Part shown: piece by piece, positions 12,319 through 37,812 of the stretch
How positions within the stretch are numbered: position 1 is the first letter of the stretch
Layout: each line of letters starts with the position of its first letter
NCBI GenBank assembly: GCA_020137815.1
Contig: CM035352.1
Coordinates: 7,564,001-7,628,000 of the forward strand
Source: Hormiphora californensis
Lineage: Eukaryota; Animalia; Ctenophora
Length of the DNA: 64,000 nucleotides
Direction of reading: 5' to 3'
The notes under the pieces: generated by a model
The model's input: the letters and a program-made list of their open reading frames with translations, nothing else
Told to the model about the DNA's origin: nothing
The model's database searches: none
Position numbers and translations under genes: made by a program

Positions 12319-13089
12319 GATAGAAGGGCATGGATTGCATACGATTAGTATGTGTTTTAATCTCCTTACCATCATGTGCAGGATGAATAAAACCCTACCA
12401 GTGATACTTTCTCTAAAATCTATTCTCTCTCTCCAGCCCTCTAAAATATGTTATTTCTCGACCAGTTCTATTCAGTCTGAACTGTGAAAGCAAACTTTAA
12501 CACCTTTCTTGAAACTACCAAATGCCCCATGAGAGAGAGAACAAGGCAACTTGTGAGATGAGGGCTAAATTAATATTAGTTCCCATAATGTTCATGATCG
12601 CCATAATAATAATAATTTACTGTAGAAACTATCCAAACGTGAAATAGGGCCGCGTTCCTGGAGAAGATCTACTGATCTACTGCAGTTAGGGGGGATGAAA
12701 TGCTCCAAACTAGGGAGAATCAATTAGAGTAATGAACCTTTTCTTACCAGAATCTCTGCTGCCAGTTGTTCCTTTCAGAATGACCTTCCAACGTTTCAGT
12801 AGATGACCCATGATAGTGATACTGGTGATGTAATTCTAATCCTCCTTTACGGTGAGAGAGGGGGTCGACCAGGACAAGGTGATACTGGGCAGGACAGCAG
12901 ACAAAATGAGACTTGCCAAATGGGGGATAGATCTTCTTAATAGCCTCCTCCTCCCCTATTAACCACTGAGCGTGTGGTTCCTGCCCCAAGGGGGAATACA
13001 GCCTTCATCCCTCTCTACTAACCCCCTTTTTTCATCTCGTTCTCTCTCTCTCTCCTCTCTCTTCCTCCGCTCTCGTCTTCATCTACTCT

Positions 13090-13984
13090 GCAATCGGATA
13101 GGCGTAAAAAAGCCTGATGGAGGAATCCCACTCTTCTCTATACCCTTTTCCCGTCGGATGCACCATGATTTATACCGTAGACGGAGCAAGAGAAGGGTGA
13201 AGATAGATAGACATACGGATCTCTTCAAGATATAACACTTGTGCATATGTTTATAATGCTATTTCCACCTCCCAACCGCACACGTCATCATTTCCTCCAC
13301 CCTCTCATAATGAATGTGGGTCGACCCGAGAAAGTATATTACGCTTGCTTCTTCATCCAAATCATGAAAATTATTAGGAACGGATTGAAATGATTGCAGC
13401 ATTCGATATGTTTATCAACATCACAGATGGTAGATCAATGGTAATGACATCTCCATGTGTCCTTATTATCGCCCCTCACGCCATCATCCTAATTCACTGC
13501 AGATGCCTTTCGTGCATACATCTCGTATCTGTTAGTTTTTCTAACAAATATGGCGACAGGCGACTGAGCTGTGAGTCGCGATGTCAACTTCAACAGACCG
13601 GGTGCTGTATACTAACAATCAATCAGATCAACCGAATTCGGGGTTTCAATCTCAGTTATGGAATTTAAGTATCCGGCACCGAAGCCAAGTTCGGGACGTG
13701 AATACAATGGAGGAGTAGTGTTTTTTGGTCAGACCGGGCGCAAGATGAAGGAGGATATAGTGTATATATCATGAGTTTTGAAGCGTACGCAGAAATGGGA
13801 CGATTGGAGAGGGACAGTTGAAACGAAGGATGAGAGGAAGAGCTTGCGGACCCCCAAGAATGGGAAAGTCTCATATGGTATCAATTTTGACCAAATTTAC
13901 TCTGAGAAACTGATGATGTTCAAACCAATACAAGCAGCTGAAAGAGAACTGACTCTGAAAGAGACAATAGAGATGATGTGGTGA
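13090..13984 (+). mobile_element. Possible highly degenerate Penelope-like retroelement fragment (RT thumb / GIY-YIG)
   Basis: Broken frames give DGGIPLF..DLYRR..HTD, then FFGQTGRKMKE and ERELTLKETIEM. These loosely recall the Penelope motifs LPFLD/VYRKPTHTD, YIGQTGR and RxIKEAIEI. Many frameshifts. Confidence 0.25.
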
Positions 13985-14770
13985 GAGGAGAGAGGAGATG
14001 AGTAAAGAGAGGATCGATGCTCTATGACCCAGTCAGTTGGGACGTTGAATCGGGCGGATGTTTTAGGCATCGCGAGGGTTAGTCGCGTCTCTCATCCCTA
14101 TCTCTTTTGGCTCATCCCGCTCCGGCTCTCCTCATCTCGACGGCTCAAAAAGGCGACACTCGGGAGAGGTACGCTACCAAGCGAGTCGGTCTCTCTCTCT
14201 CTGACACCAATCGCTCGACGCGGTTCCAAACAACAGTTGTACTGCTGTAGCATTGCAATTGGAGAAGGGATGACGGGCTAATACGATACAGAGACAAGGA
14301 AACAAGTAGTCTACCTCCTAGCCCCCAACAACAAGGACCCCTCTCTTTCTTTCTCTCTCTTTCTCTCTCCACAAATTGATAGGGGAAGACAGGTTTTTTA
14401 GGTTGTGAGCAGACAAGGAAAGGAAAACACCAATTAAATCAAAACACACACACAAATAACAAATTAGGTTGGACTGTGTAACAGCGACTGAAGAGTGAAG
14501 GCAGTACTGAGTACAGTATTGATACAGCACAGTATTGGTCTCAACTCCATCATTGATCATCAGCCAGGTAGCATCGAAGTTCGTGGATCACATGGTCATT
14601 GGTAATGCAGCAACATCCCCGGCCCACTAAAAAGCAGCAGAACGGAACTGAATACCAAGGACCGTTACGAATTAAAGCAGCTGGTCAAGAACTTTCATTT
14701 TACCGTTTTGGACACACTGAATGAGCGTGACAGGAATGTTTCGACCTCTCTAATGAGTTACAGGATCTGG

Positions 14771-14801
<31 letters not shown>

Positions 14802-17690
14802 CAGGTGGGAGGTTCTCTAAACAAAGTCATGACGTCACGCTATATATTAGTATCTCTCTCACTCTCTCTCTCTTTCTCTCCCTATCTCTCTCCTTTTCTC
14901 TCTGTAAAAGAGAGGAGGTTGTAACATGCCTGGTAAATTCTGTTCCTAACTATCCTACTTTCATTTCAAGAGAGTTCCTCTATGTACGATCCCCCCTCCA
15001 CCATTTTAGGACGCCACGATGGAGCCTCTAAAGTACCTTTCGACGGCCCCAATGACTGATCAACAGGATCGCCCCCATCTGATCGGTCTGTCCCCTGGTG
15101 ATCCCTTCCACGGATTACCACCTTGATATCCCCCATTTCCCCCCCCACAGGGCCCTAAAACCATGCCCTCTCTCCTTATTTTTTTTTAATTTCTTTTCCT
15201 TTTGTCCCAAAACCACACACAGTGCCCGCCGTGCCGGGTGACCAAACCTAAAAAACACCCCCACCTTCAACCCTTTTTTCCCTCCTTTTTCCCCCTCTCT
15301 ATCGTTCTCCTCCTTTTTTTCCCCTTTTTAATACAACCATCTTTCCCCGAATGTGTTTAAAGGACCAAACCAGTTTTACTGCAAAAGTATAGGCAAAGCA
15401 AAAGGAGAAAGAGGATAGGTATTTCTAATGTCAAGAGTGGTCGGGTGACTGTCAAAATGCCAGCTGGCGGGAAAATGTCAAAACCCAGATTTTTCAAAAA
15501 AATATCTAACCTATTCCTCCTCCCTACCTAGCCGTCTTGCCCCTCTCCGATCTACTTTCTCTCCTAAAAAGCCGTCTTGGGTCCCTCTCCTTGATCTACG
15601 TCTCCCAAATCCTCTCCTTTCTCCTCCGCCCCTTCCTCAAATTATTTTGGTATCGCCAATTCTTTTACTGAGGCTATCCTTAGTGAGGGGCGGGGTAGTG
15701 GCGGCATTTAACTGCTTCCCCTTGTCGCACAATCTCCTACTTCCCCCCCGCACCCCAAACTTCAAAAACTCACTATTTTTCTCCCCCCACCAACTTACTT
15801 TTTCCCCTCTCCCCCCCCCCCTTCCTTTTTCTCCCCCTCCCACCATCCTCAAAGGGGCCGGGGAAAAACATTTTGGGGGGTAAGAAAAAACAAAAATTTC
15901 GTTGTGCCCTTTCTTTTTTCTCTCGTCCTACCCGCCGGGGGAACAAAAAGAAAAGGGGAAGAGGGGGGAGAGAGGAGAAAATTGAGAATTGGATGTAGAG
16001 AGAAGGGGGAAGAAGGGGGTTTTAAAACCCGTTTGGGGGGGGATTTATTTTTTTAAAAAATTTTAAATCCCCCTTTTCCCCAAAACCCCCCCTCAAAAAA
16101 AACCCCAACCCAAAACTCCCCAAAACGAACCGTTTTTCTGAAAGCTTTTTATTTTAACAAAGGAAAAAACAAAAAATTCTTTGTTCAATGTAAAATCCCC
16201 AGAAAATTTATAATTAAATCTTTATAAGATATCCTAAAATTTTCCCGGGTTTTATGATATAATTTTTCCCTTTAAATTTTCCGGAAAATCGGTCCAATGA
16301 TCGAAGAAAACCTCCAACCCCAAATCCGGGGGTTCCGGAGGAACCACCCAAAAAAGAAAAAACCATCAAAAAAAAAAAAAAAAAACCGTTATTTTGGTCA
16401 CGTGATGGGGTTTCCGCCAATCAGGACCTATTCGGTCGTTCCCCCAAGGGGTAAAATCATTTAAATGGGGGCCAACCACGTAAAATGTTGCAATTGAGAA
16501 ATTAACATTTTGAGTAAAATTGAAATCACAAAAGATAGATGGGGGAAAAAAGGGGGAGAGAAAGAGAGGGAGAGAAGAAGGGGAAAGAGGAGGTTTTTGG
16601 GTCATACCAGCACCAAGCGGAAATACACTATTTGGGCGGCTAAGAAATAAGCAATAAGCTTGCAGTATGACTGCCATATAATGCGTGTGTGACTCTGCTT
16701 GTCATACTGCTCAGCCGGGCCTAACTAAAAAAGCCACAGGGACCGCGACCCTGAGATGATTCAGACTTGAGCATATACTCCCGAGAGAGGATGAGGGAAG
16801 GAGTAGACGACGGCAGGAGTTGGTGAAGAGGATGAGGCGGGCAACGCGCAGATGAGAAGAGAGAGGGAGAGAGACGATGAGGAGAGTGAGGAGGAGATGA
16901 GAGAGAGAGAGAGAGAGGAGAGAGAGGGAGAGAGAGAGACAGATGGAGAGGAGAGGGATGGAGATATAGTTTAAGCAGTTGAACAGACATACTGACATGT
17001 CAAGGAGAGCACAGGAACACTCAAAAATAGCACTACACTCTTGAACATGAACCAGTGTCATACTGCAGACGAACAAATTGCAATTTATTGGTGAAATCAG
17101 TAGTGAAACTAAACGAAAGAAATATCTTAGTAATCTAATAGTATCGAGTATCGCGTTACTTGAAATTAAGTGAGTAATTAGATCTGTTCAAGTATCAGAT
17201 ATACCTAGGAAATATATCCCGGGTTTTGAATGATCGTAGTAATATCTATCGGTCCAACATGACTCGGAATGAAACTCAAGACTCCAACAGAGTCACGAAG
17301 GGATTCCAGAGAGGTAAGATATGAACCGACCGAATCAGGAAATACTGGTCCCTGATGAAGGTATTCCAGAGGGGGGGGGGTAAGATCATTAATAATGGAG
17401 GACCAACCGTTACAGTAAACATGTATGCACATTGGGGGCAGGAGGAATTTTACCATCCAATGAGAGTATATGATTGAAGATTCACGATAGAGAGAGAGAG
17501 GGAGAGTGGGGGTGGAAGAGAGAGAGAGAGAGAGAAGAGAGGAGAGAAGAGAGAGAGAGAGGGGGGGGGGGGGTTTTTTGGGTTTGCCTCACAACACACC
17601 TTGCAGTTCAAGGTTTACAGTGACAGATGGCACTACAATATTTCCCCAACAATCCTTTACCAACTATTTAGTAGCCCCCAAACAACCCCC

Positions 17691-17754
<64 letters not shown>

Positions 17755-20169
17755 GAGTGAAAGTTCAACTTCCAAAGAGGAAAGCGAGACTTGGAGGAGT
17801 CATAATCAGCACTGAAGATGGTTCATCAAGAGTTAAGAGAGGAGAGCAGCTGAAAAGAGTAGGTATTTAGTGGGGACTACTGGGATGAGGGGGTCTAGAA
17901 AAACGCTACTGATCTTTTTCAGTTGTTTTAAAATCTGCACTAAAAATATTTAAATAAAGTTTGGTCTGCTTGCATGAATAATATACACATTTTGAGACTA
18001 GACTGATCGAGGATTAGGAATGTTTACTGCAGTCTGTAACAGCTGGAGAGAAAGAGAGGGTCGAACAAGGCAAGTAGTAGAGCCTGGATCATTACAAGGT
18101 CCCATGAGATAGGGATAGAGACTGGAGAGACTAGAGATAGAGAGAGAAACAGAGAGATAGAGACTTGAGATAGAGAGGAAGAGAAACATAAGGAGACCCG
18201 GCCATAGAGAACATAACAGAATAGTTACAAGCGATTATCATCATCTTGCGTAAGGGTATAAGTAGCCATCTATACTTTCTATTTCTACTCTGTGTCTTTA
18301 CAGCAGGCTAGGACAATAGCCATAACCTGTCACACAATCTTCTTATTTTCCATTATTCTAATTTCAAAATGATCTAATAATATTCCATCTCTACCTCGAT
18401 CATCTTTCACTAACTCCTTAGTCGGTTTGGATGACTGTGCGAGTGTGCATTTGTGCATCAGTTATATGTGATGGGGAACATAATATATCGTATATACTCT
18501 GTCTCTTTCTCCCAGAGGTAATTGAACTCGTAATATAAAAACCACTAAAGATTCTCGCCCTCTATAAGGGGTCTCTCTCTTTCTCAGCTCTCTCTCTTTC
18601 TCTCACTATCTCCTAGGACGATCTCTGTATAGTGTGGTCTTACGTTTGAGTCAGTAGTTTGACGATTGGAACTTATGACCACCAAATGAACATGACACAG
18701 TGTCAGTGATGCCACATTGTCTCCGGAACGATTGGAAAGTAGAATGAGGAATGCAAATTATTCTTCCCACATGAACCCACAAATCGTGCAATGATCGGAA
18801 AATGGAAATTAGAAACAAGGAACGGAAATAACTATTGATCAGAAAGAATAAGAAAGGATCATAATGATGATAATTCAATAATAATATGGATTAGAGCGAC
18901 GGATATATCCGTAAAGCGTGGAATTAATTATGGTACTCAACCCCTGAGTCTTCATCAGCAGTTCCGCCTTCTATTCGTTCGTTTCCCATCATATACTATC
19001 GTTTACATATCCCTAGACCCCCCCCTCGTTTCTTCTCCCCTTTCCTACACCTATCCTCCCCTCCACATCCCACCTCTTAGCTATCTACCTTTCACCCAAA
19101 CGTATAATGGCTCACTTGCTTAGTGCGTTATGCATCCCCTGATAAGATTTTTCGTGATTATTGGCACCCTCCCGATTCCGGTTGTACGCTACCTCGCTCT
19201 ACGGATTTCGAGAACTATGCAGTCTGTTTCCGGCCTCCGTGATTGCCACCTCTTTTGCTTCCTGCATGCGGGTGTCAAGTTGAAGGTTTCCGGAGGCTTG
19301 GGTGCGCCGCAGCAGGTGAATTACTATTTGCGAGATGCTGGCGTTTTCGGATTTACCCTGGTGTTGAGAATTCTGTGCACTTTGGGGAAAGATGAAGCCT
19401 ACCATTGAGTATTAGGAGGCAGAAGGCCAACATCGCGATTTGTGATCGACGGAGTGACGGAGATACAATATAAGCACACACATCTTCACTTCACGTTGTT
19501 ACTACTAACCGTTTATTTAGTAGTAGGAAGGAGAGAACCACACAGACACTCTGTGATATATGATTTTATTTTTTGGCAAGCGTGAAATGATTGCACATGA
19601 GAGAGGTATGATAAGTAGGTTGGGCAAAGACGAGAAGCAATGGTAGCACGCTGGCTGGCAGGCAGAAAGAGGAAAGAAGAGGAGCGAATCGTAATTATAA
19701 TGGCTAAAAAGAGAGGATGAATAAGGAATAGGGAGAAGGAGCGAGAGAGGGACAAAGAGAGAGAGAGATGAGAGATAGCAGCGTAGGAGAGTAGAGTTCA
19801 TTAGTGAGCGAGAAGGACGAGAGAGAGGATAGAGAGAGAGAGGAGAAGAGAGAAGAGAGATGATAGAGTGAAGAGCAGATTATAATGAGAATAGTAGAGC
19901 GTATCATAGTAGAAAAGGGATCGAGATGCCGAGAGGAGCTCTATTATTAGTATCTAAATTTTCAGTTCTATATCTATCTCCTATATCTCTCTCTCTCTAT
20001 ATCTCTCTTCTCTCTCTCTCTCTCTCTCTCTCCCCCATATTCTCTATCTCGAGTCTCTGTCCGGAATTGTTGAGGGTCGAGGGCGTGGTCATGGGACCGA
20101 GCCGTAACGCATATACCATAGACCTGTGCTGCTGCTCCTCACTCCATGTCGGAGAGAGAGATAGAGAGG

Positions 20170-20201
<32 letters not shown>

Positions 20202-20412
20202 GAGAGAGAGAAGGTAGAAACAGGGTAGAGATGATATAGTAAGAATGAATCATGGGGAAAGTGTTTGAAGTTGCAGCCAGCAAAGAGTTTACAGCTGCTG
20301 TGGAGACTGAAAAAGTAACGGATGACTGCTGCAGGCACACACGTGGGCGTGCATAGTAGGGGAATTTGGGATAAAAACACACCACCCTCCCCTTGCCACG
20401 TGATATTATATG

Positions 20413-20683
20413 ATTAGATGACTGGTTAAAATGGTCTATTACTATTTAGTGCACGAGGCCGAAGGCCGAGTGTTCTAAATACAACAATAATGAACCGAGA
20501 CCGATAGGTCGAGGTAGATCCTTTTACTTAGCTGCCGAGCCTGCGAGGCACGCTAAGTGTAACTACTGAGCGAGCCTGCGAGCTCTGTAGTTGTACTTTT
20601 GGGCCGAGCCTGCGAGGCCTAAAAGTGAAAGAATCTTTAACATTATTGTTGTGTAATAGAGCATGTAAAAGCAGTCATCTAAT
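20413..20683. mobile_element. Small non-autonomous element with 12-bp TIRs and clustered GC-rich mini-hairpins
   Basis: TIRs attagatgactg (20413) and cagtcatctaat (20672). Internal ggccGAAggcc, gaccGATAggtc and gcctGCGaggc motifs. Confidence 0.45.
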
Positions 20684-20987
20684 TTTATTAGATGATTTTG
20701 GAAACAAACTGGGTGAACAGATAAAGATTTTGTGTGAGAGAGAGAGAGAGAGAGAAATAGGGAAAGAGAGAATCGAAGGCAGAGAGGGAAAGCAGATGCA
20801 GGACGCTCATTGGGGTGGTGCCATCACGTGACGATCACGTGACCTATAGTTGCAGAGGGGAAGAAATGATAAGGGTTAGGGCGTGTACTGTGTAGTGACG
20901 TAATGTGCGTGTGACTAGAAAGTGTCTAATTTTTCACATACCACTGCAACGGTATTTTACTTTATGATTACTAGTGTTTTGCAGTGG

Positions 20988-21065
20988 TCTAAGTTTTCAC
21001 AGTGCACCGTTTCCGGTGGTCTAAGTGGTTAGACCACCGGAAACGGTGCACTGTGAAAACTTAGA
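20988..21065. repeat. Perfect 37-bp-arm palindrome with 4-nt loop
   Basis: tctaagttttcacagtgcaccgtttccggtggtctaa-gtgg-ttagaccaccggaaacggtgcactgtgaaaacttaga. Confidence 0.9.
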
Positions 21066-23285
21066 TCACCGGTCAAAATTGTCTAATTATGAATTAAGCA
21101 ACCACATGCAAGGGGAATTTGGGTAAAAACACCCTTCCCCACGTGATATTAATGAAGCACGTGCTGGAGTGTGGAGTGTCAATTGTCAATGGAAAACCCG
21201 CCCCTGCCCCGTCTAAAGTCCCAACCATGTGGACAAACAAACCGGGCATTATAATTAAAATGGGGAGCACTGTGTGAATCACTGGGGCCTTTACCGTGTA
21301 TAACAGTGAGGGTACATGTCTGTACTAATGGTACTGAACCACTTGTCAAGTGCACAATCAGGCCCCAACAAGATGGGGGTCCAAGAGAGAGGTAAATAAT
21401 GATAATATTTTATGCAGTTACTAACTCTTCGACCTTCTATATCTAGTAGATATAAATTACCCAAGAGATATGTGAAATATCAGCTACCCCCTCCCCCCAA
21501 AGTACTGCTGCGTGGGAGGGGTCAAATATGTAAAACATGTGACACATACCAACAAAATACCTCCCCCACTCACGATACCCCCTGATATCATGGAGCTATA
21601 TGTACCCCCTTATATTATAATATGAAGCTCACTGCTCGATTGGGCGGTTTCAAGGGATGGCCTGCTAGGATTCTACATCTACGAAGCCTCCAAAAGTAAC
21701 AGAAGTAAATGATAGGTACTGAAGAATGAAATCAATTTCAGTAAGCCAAAGGCAATTCAAAGCAGTTGATAAACACCAGGACCAAACATAATGGTAGGCG
21801 GTAGTATACGTTCGATGTTCGTATAAGCAATTCGGGCTTTAGTGTGTAATAACTGGTGATCGATCGAGCCGATAAACTGTTTGACAAGGTATCCAGACAC
21901 GCCGACATGCTTTAATAAAGATAGAGAGAAGTGAGCATGTAGGAGAGAGAAGGAGAACAAGGAGGGAGAGATAAATCGAGAGCTCTAGGGGGCTAAACAG
22001 CTAGGTCGATTAGCGACAGTCAAACCATTAACAACCAGCTGATCACCTTGTCGAGATAGAGAGAGAGAAGCATAGCGATGAGAAAGAGAGAGAGAACTCT
22101 CAAAAGCGTGAGTAGTAAAAAGAGAGCACTTCATGGCACTGTTTAGAGTTTGGGTCTGCGCTTCTGATACTACCTGAGTGGAGGAGAGTCTAGACTTGAC
22201 CAGCTCTCTCTATCTATCTATCTCTCTAGCTATCTCTCTCTCTGGAGGGTTTTTAGTAATCACCCAATTTCGGGAGACACCAAATTTTGTACAACTCTCC
22301 TCCCCCTCTTTCACTACTATTCGGTATTCCCCCTCTTTCACTACTATTTCCAATCCAGTACTCAAATTTTTGACCACTGTCATTGCCATGCTTTTTCTAT
22401 CTTTTTTTTCAACAGTCTCTTTCTCCCAATGCTTGTCCTTCCTCTCAAAAAGGAAAACAGTTAATACTTCCTCACTCTCTCTCTCTCTGTCTCTCTCTAT
22501 CTATCAATTTCTCCAACTATATCTCCCTCTCTATCTACCACCAATTCCTCCAACTATATCTTCATCTCTCTCAATGTCTATCTACCAGTTTCTCCCTCTC
22601 TTCCGGAGATGCACACAGCACGTGAGGACAAAACAAGGGCGGAATTTCACAAATCGCTACTACTACTACGTTCTATATACTGAGCAGTGTGAGTTTTAAA
22701 GTCACAACACACCAGAAAAAAAGATAATCTCGTGCTAGATTTTTAAAACAGAGAGAGAGAGAGAGAGAGATATGGTGCGAGAGAGAAGCTCAGTGTGTTA
22801 AGAAGCCTGAGCTGTTCCTGCATGCCATAACATAAACGAAGATGAAAAACAGGGCCACAACACCAGATTGAAAGGGGTGACCTCACGGCGCTAAAAGCTC
22901 AGGGTGATGTCATAACACGTCAAGTATAACATCAAGATGAGCAGGGTGGTAGTGGAGAGTGAAGAACGATTAGTAATGCTCCAAAGACCCCCACTCAGTA
23001 GTGAAACAGAGCGAGTGGAAGAGAGGAAGAGAGAGTGGGTGTGGGTGTGTGAGAGAAACAGAAAAGATATATCACACAATTTGTCAGTGCTGATCCCCCT
23101 ATTAATAGCTTGATACTGATTGCATCTGAAGCGAATGTGAAACTGACGTGATCTGAAGATAGATCCACTCTCCCTCTCTCCCTCTCTCTCCTCACTTCAG
23201 TGAAGCGAGAAGAGAAGAGAGAGAAGGGCGGGGATCACTCATTAGCATAACAAAACACAACTATTTAATCTTGTTGAGTAACAAA

Positions 23286-23519
23286 TTAAATCCTACCTGA
23301 TCTCAGGATGGTAGGTGGAAGAAGGGGAGGTTGGTAAGGTTTCAGGTTTTCATAGTTCTCATCTAGGCTCACATAATCACTCTCTCCCCGGGATGGTCCC
23401 CTCATGTTCATTACATAGTCACTCTCAGTTCTTGAGGGGGCTCTGCTTGGATCCCCCTCATGTCGCTGGATCTCATTGACAATCTCGTAGTATCCCCCAG
23501 GGTAGTAGGTACTATACAT
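23286..23519 (-). CDS. Candidate exon or small ORF rich in Tyr motifs; unknown product
   Basis: Non-repetitive ORF MYSTYYPGGYYEIV..ESDYVM..ESDYVS..ENYENLKPYQPPLLPP, preceded by an acceptor-like ctccctag. No family recognised. Confidence 0.35.
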   Translation of the reverse strand: MYSTYYPGGYYEIVNEIQRHEGDPSRAPSRTESDYVMNMRGPSRGESDYVSLDENYENLKPYQPPLLPPTILRSGRI

Positions 23520-23774
23520 TGCCTCACCTCATAGCTAGGGAGATGGTTATTGTTATAGTGCGATAGACAGTTTTTGGGGCATTGGCTACAGGCCGATATA
23601 TATTGGTCATCAATAACGCTTACTTTAGCGAGATGTAAGTAAGATAAAGCTATAAAATGGCCCAGGCAGTAGAAACGAATCCAAGCTAAACCAACACAAA
23701 CGCTAATGGGACTTATTTTATGGGACTTATTTTATGGGACTTATTTTATGGGAACCCAATACATGTCCAGAGGA

Positions 23775-24180
23775 GGAGAGGTGGCTAGGAGAGAACTGTG
23801 GCGACAAGAGGTGGCTAGGAGAGAACTGTGGCGACAAGAGGTGGCTAGGAGAGATAGAACTGTGGCTAGGAGAGGTGGCTAGGAGAGAACTGTGGCGACT
23901 AGAGGTGGCTGAGAGAGAGAACTGTGGCGACGAGAGGTGGCTAGGAGAGAACTGTGTCGACAAGAGGTGGCTAGGAGAGATAGAACTGTGGCTAGGAGAG
24001 GTGGCTAGGAGAGAACTGTGGCGACTAGAGGTGGCTAGGAGAGAGAACTGTGGCTACGAGAGGTGGCTAGGAGAGAACTGTGGCGACGAGAGGTGGCTAG
24101 GAGAGAACTGTGGCGACTAGAGGTGGCTAATAGAGAACTGTGACGACTAGAGGTGACTAGGAAAGGACTGTGGCGACAAG
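23775..24180. repeat. ~30-bp minisatellite (gagaggtggctaggagagaactgtggcgac)
   Basis: More than 10 degenerate copies; accounts for the WLGENCGDKR ORF. Confidence 0.9.
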
Positions 24181-26122
24181 AGGACGAAGCGTACTTACGC
24201 AGCGAATACACTGTATATAACTCTGTATTTGCTATAGCATGCACAATGCATGTCAATCTGGAGTGGGGTTTAAAAACTCGAACTCCAAGATAGAGAGATA
24301 CTGACGATAGAGAGGGAGAAAGATGAACGAAGATGTAGAGATGAAGAATGAGAGAGAGGGAGAGATGTAGAGATGAAGAATGAGAGAGAGATAGAGAGAT
24401 AGAGAAAGAAAGATGGAGAGAAATAGAGAGATGAAGAATGGGAGAGAGGGAGAGATGAACGAAGAGCTGAAGATACTAGCGAGAGAAGTGCACCTCCCTT
24501 GGTATGCACACTTTCTCTCTCTATCTCGTGTAATTCTGCTTTGTGATCGAGTGTGCTTGAGAACTCAAGGGGGGCTCGTTCATTTTCAATCTCGTGTTAG
24601 CCCCTCCTATCACTGTAGTGGACTAGTCTAACATGCGGCCAAGTTAAGCTCCAGGAAAACCTTACTCCAACAACGCACCAAAATAAAACTTTCATATCCA
24701 GACTTTCGTCGTAGTGAAATTACTGCATCGTTCTAGTGTTCAAAATTGGATATTAAGATTTAGAAGTCACAGCTTTGGAAAACGTTATATTAATGATCAA
24801 TTTCCAACGGGCATTGCAATTTTGTTTGAATTATTCATGTTTTCTGTGTTCCGTACACACTGCACAACACGACAACAGTGTCAGGTGACTCAAGAATTGG
24901 TGTCATTTGAGTTGGGAGTCGGGACCCTGGTTCTGCCACCCGGCACCCCTGAGTGGGGCTGCCAGCTGGGCTCCAGCTGCTGGGGTCTCCACTCTCCATT
25001 TGAACAGTGAAGTAGAAGTGGAGGGGGCCAGGGAGGTTGTTGTATCCTTCTACCCTTGTCCCTTAGCTTCCTTCACATTTTCTTCAGTTCGGTTGGCAGC
25101 GCTTTTCAATCAGTTCGGGTGTTTTTGAAAACTTCCGAAATTTGCGCTTTAAAAAACTCGCTTGGAAAACGGATTGCAATTTTAAATCGAATATCTGTTT
25201 TTTGTGCGCGCAGTTGTCACGCGCATTTATTGTGCCGCGCGATGAGTATATCGAAATTCGTCGCAAACCTTCTAAAATTTGAGGCCATTTTGATTTCCGA
25301 CCATCGCGATTTGTGTTTGTAATTGTGTACAAATGTAAATTGTCTGTTTTCTATTTCTGTTAAATATAATTCAAATAATACAGCAATGGGTACAATAAAG
25401 ACTGACTGCAACCGTAGAGTTGGACTGATCTATCACTCTGCGTCTAGAGTGTAGTCACAATCTGTCACTCACATATTATCCACACGTTCAATAGCGTGGT
25501 ATAGCAGGTTATAGAAATATCACATACCACATGTATTTCATAATATATAAACCACTAAAATCGTTATATTCCATGCGTTTTCATAATACACAGTATATAA
25601 ATCGGGCTGAAGGGGCATGCAATATAATTCCTACCCAATACTACATCTCAATATATCTGCAACACTCTCTCTCTACACAGCACTACCTTGTACAAATACT
25701 ATAAATCTATCGACAATGATGTATTCGATAGTAAGAATTCAACAATGTCATTTGGTATGACTATATCAGTATAAACTACCAGTTAAATATGTTCTTTATA
25801 GCTGCTGACACACATGATTTATTAGATCTGAAAGAGTCTGTCAGAGAAGTTAGGTTTAATAATTTCGGGACATGCTACAACACAAAACTGTACATTAATT
25901 ATTGTCATACTAGAATGTCTGAATTTCTGTATAAATATTGCTTTCAGAAACACAAAACCCATTTCGCACATGCTTTTTATTTAGTGCACTGTATAAGTCA
26001 CACCTAGATCAGTTAAACTGGCTCAATACTCCTGACAATGAACAATTCAACTCAACATTAGATTAAGTACCACGTGTTGAGTAACAACAAAGTAACACTT
26101 GTTATTACTGCAGTGATGTTTC

Positions 26123-37812
<11,690 letters not shown>

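Noticed and set aside
15120-16600. Possible G-quadruplex or structured region
   Set aside because: Same homopolymer-noise signature, so the underlying sequence is unreliable.
17240-17360. SNMTRNE.. resembling a Penelope N-terminal motif
   Set aside because: Too short and frameshifted to support without a profile search.
19130-19480. Possible LTR-retrotransposon pol fragment
   Set aside because: No recognisable RT, RNase H or integrase motif.
23734-24120. WLGENCGDKR repeat protein
   Set aside because: Stop-free frame of a 30-bp minisatellite, with no splice or homology support.
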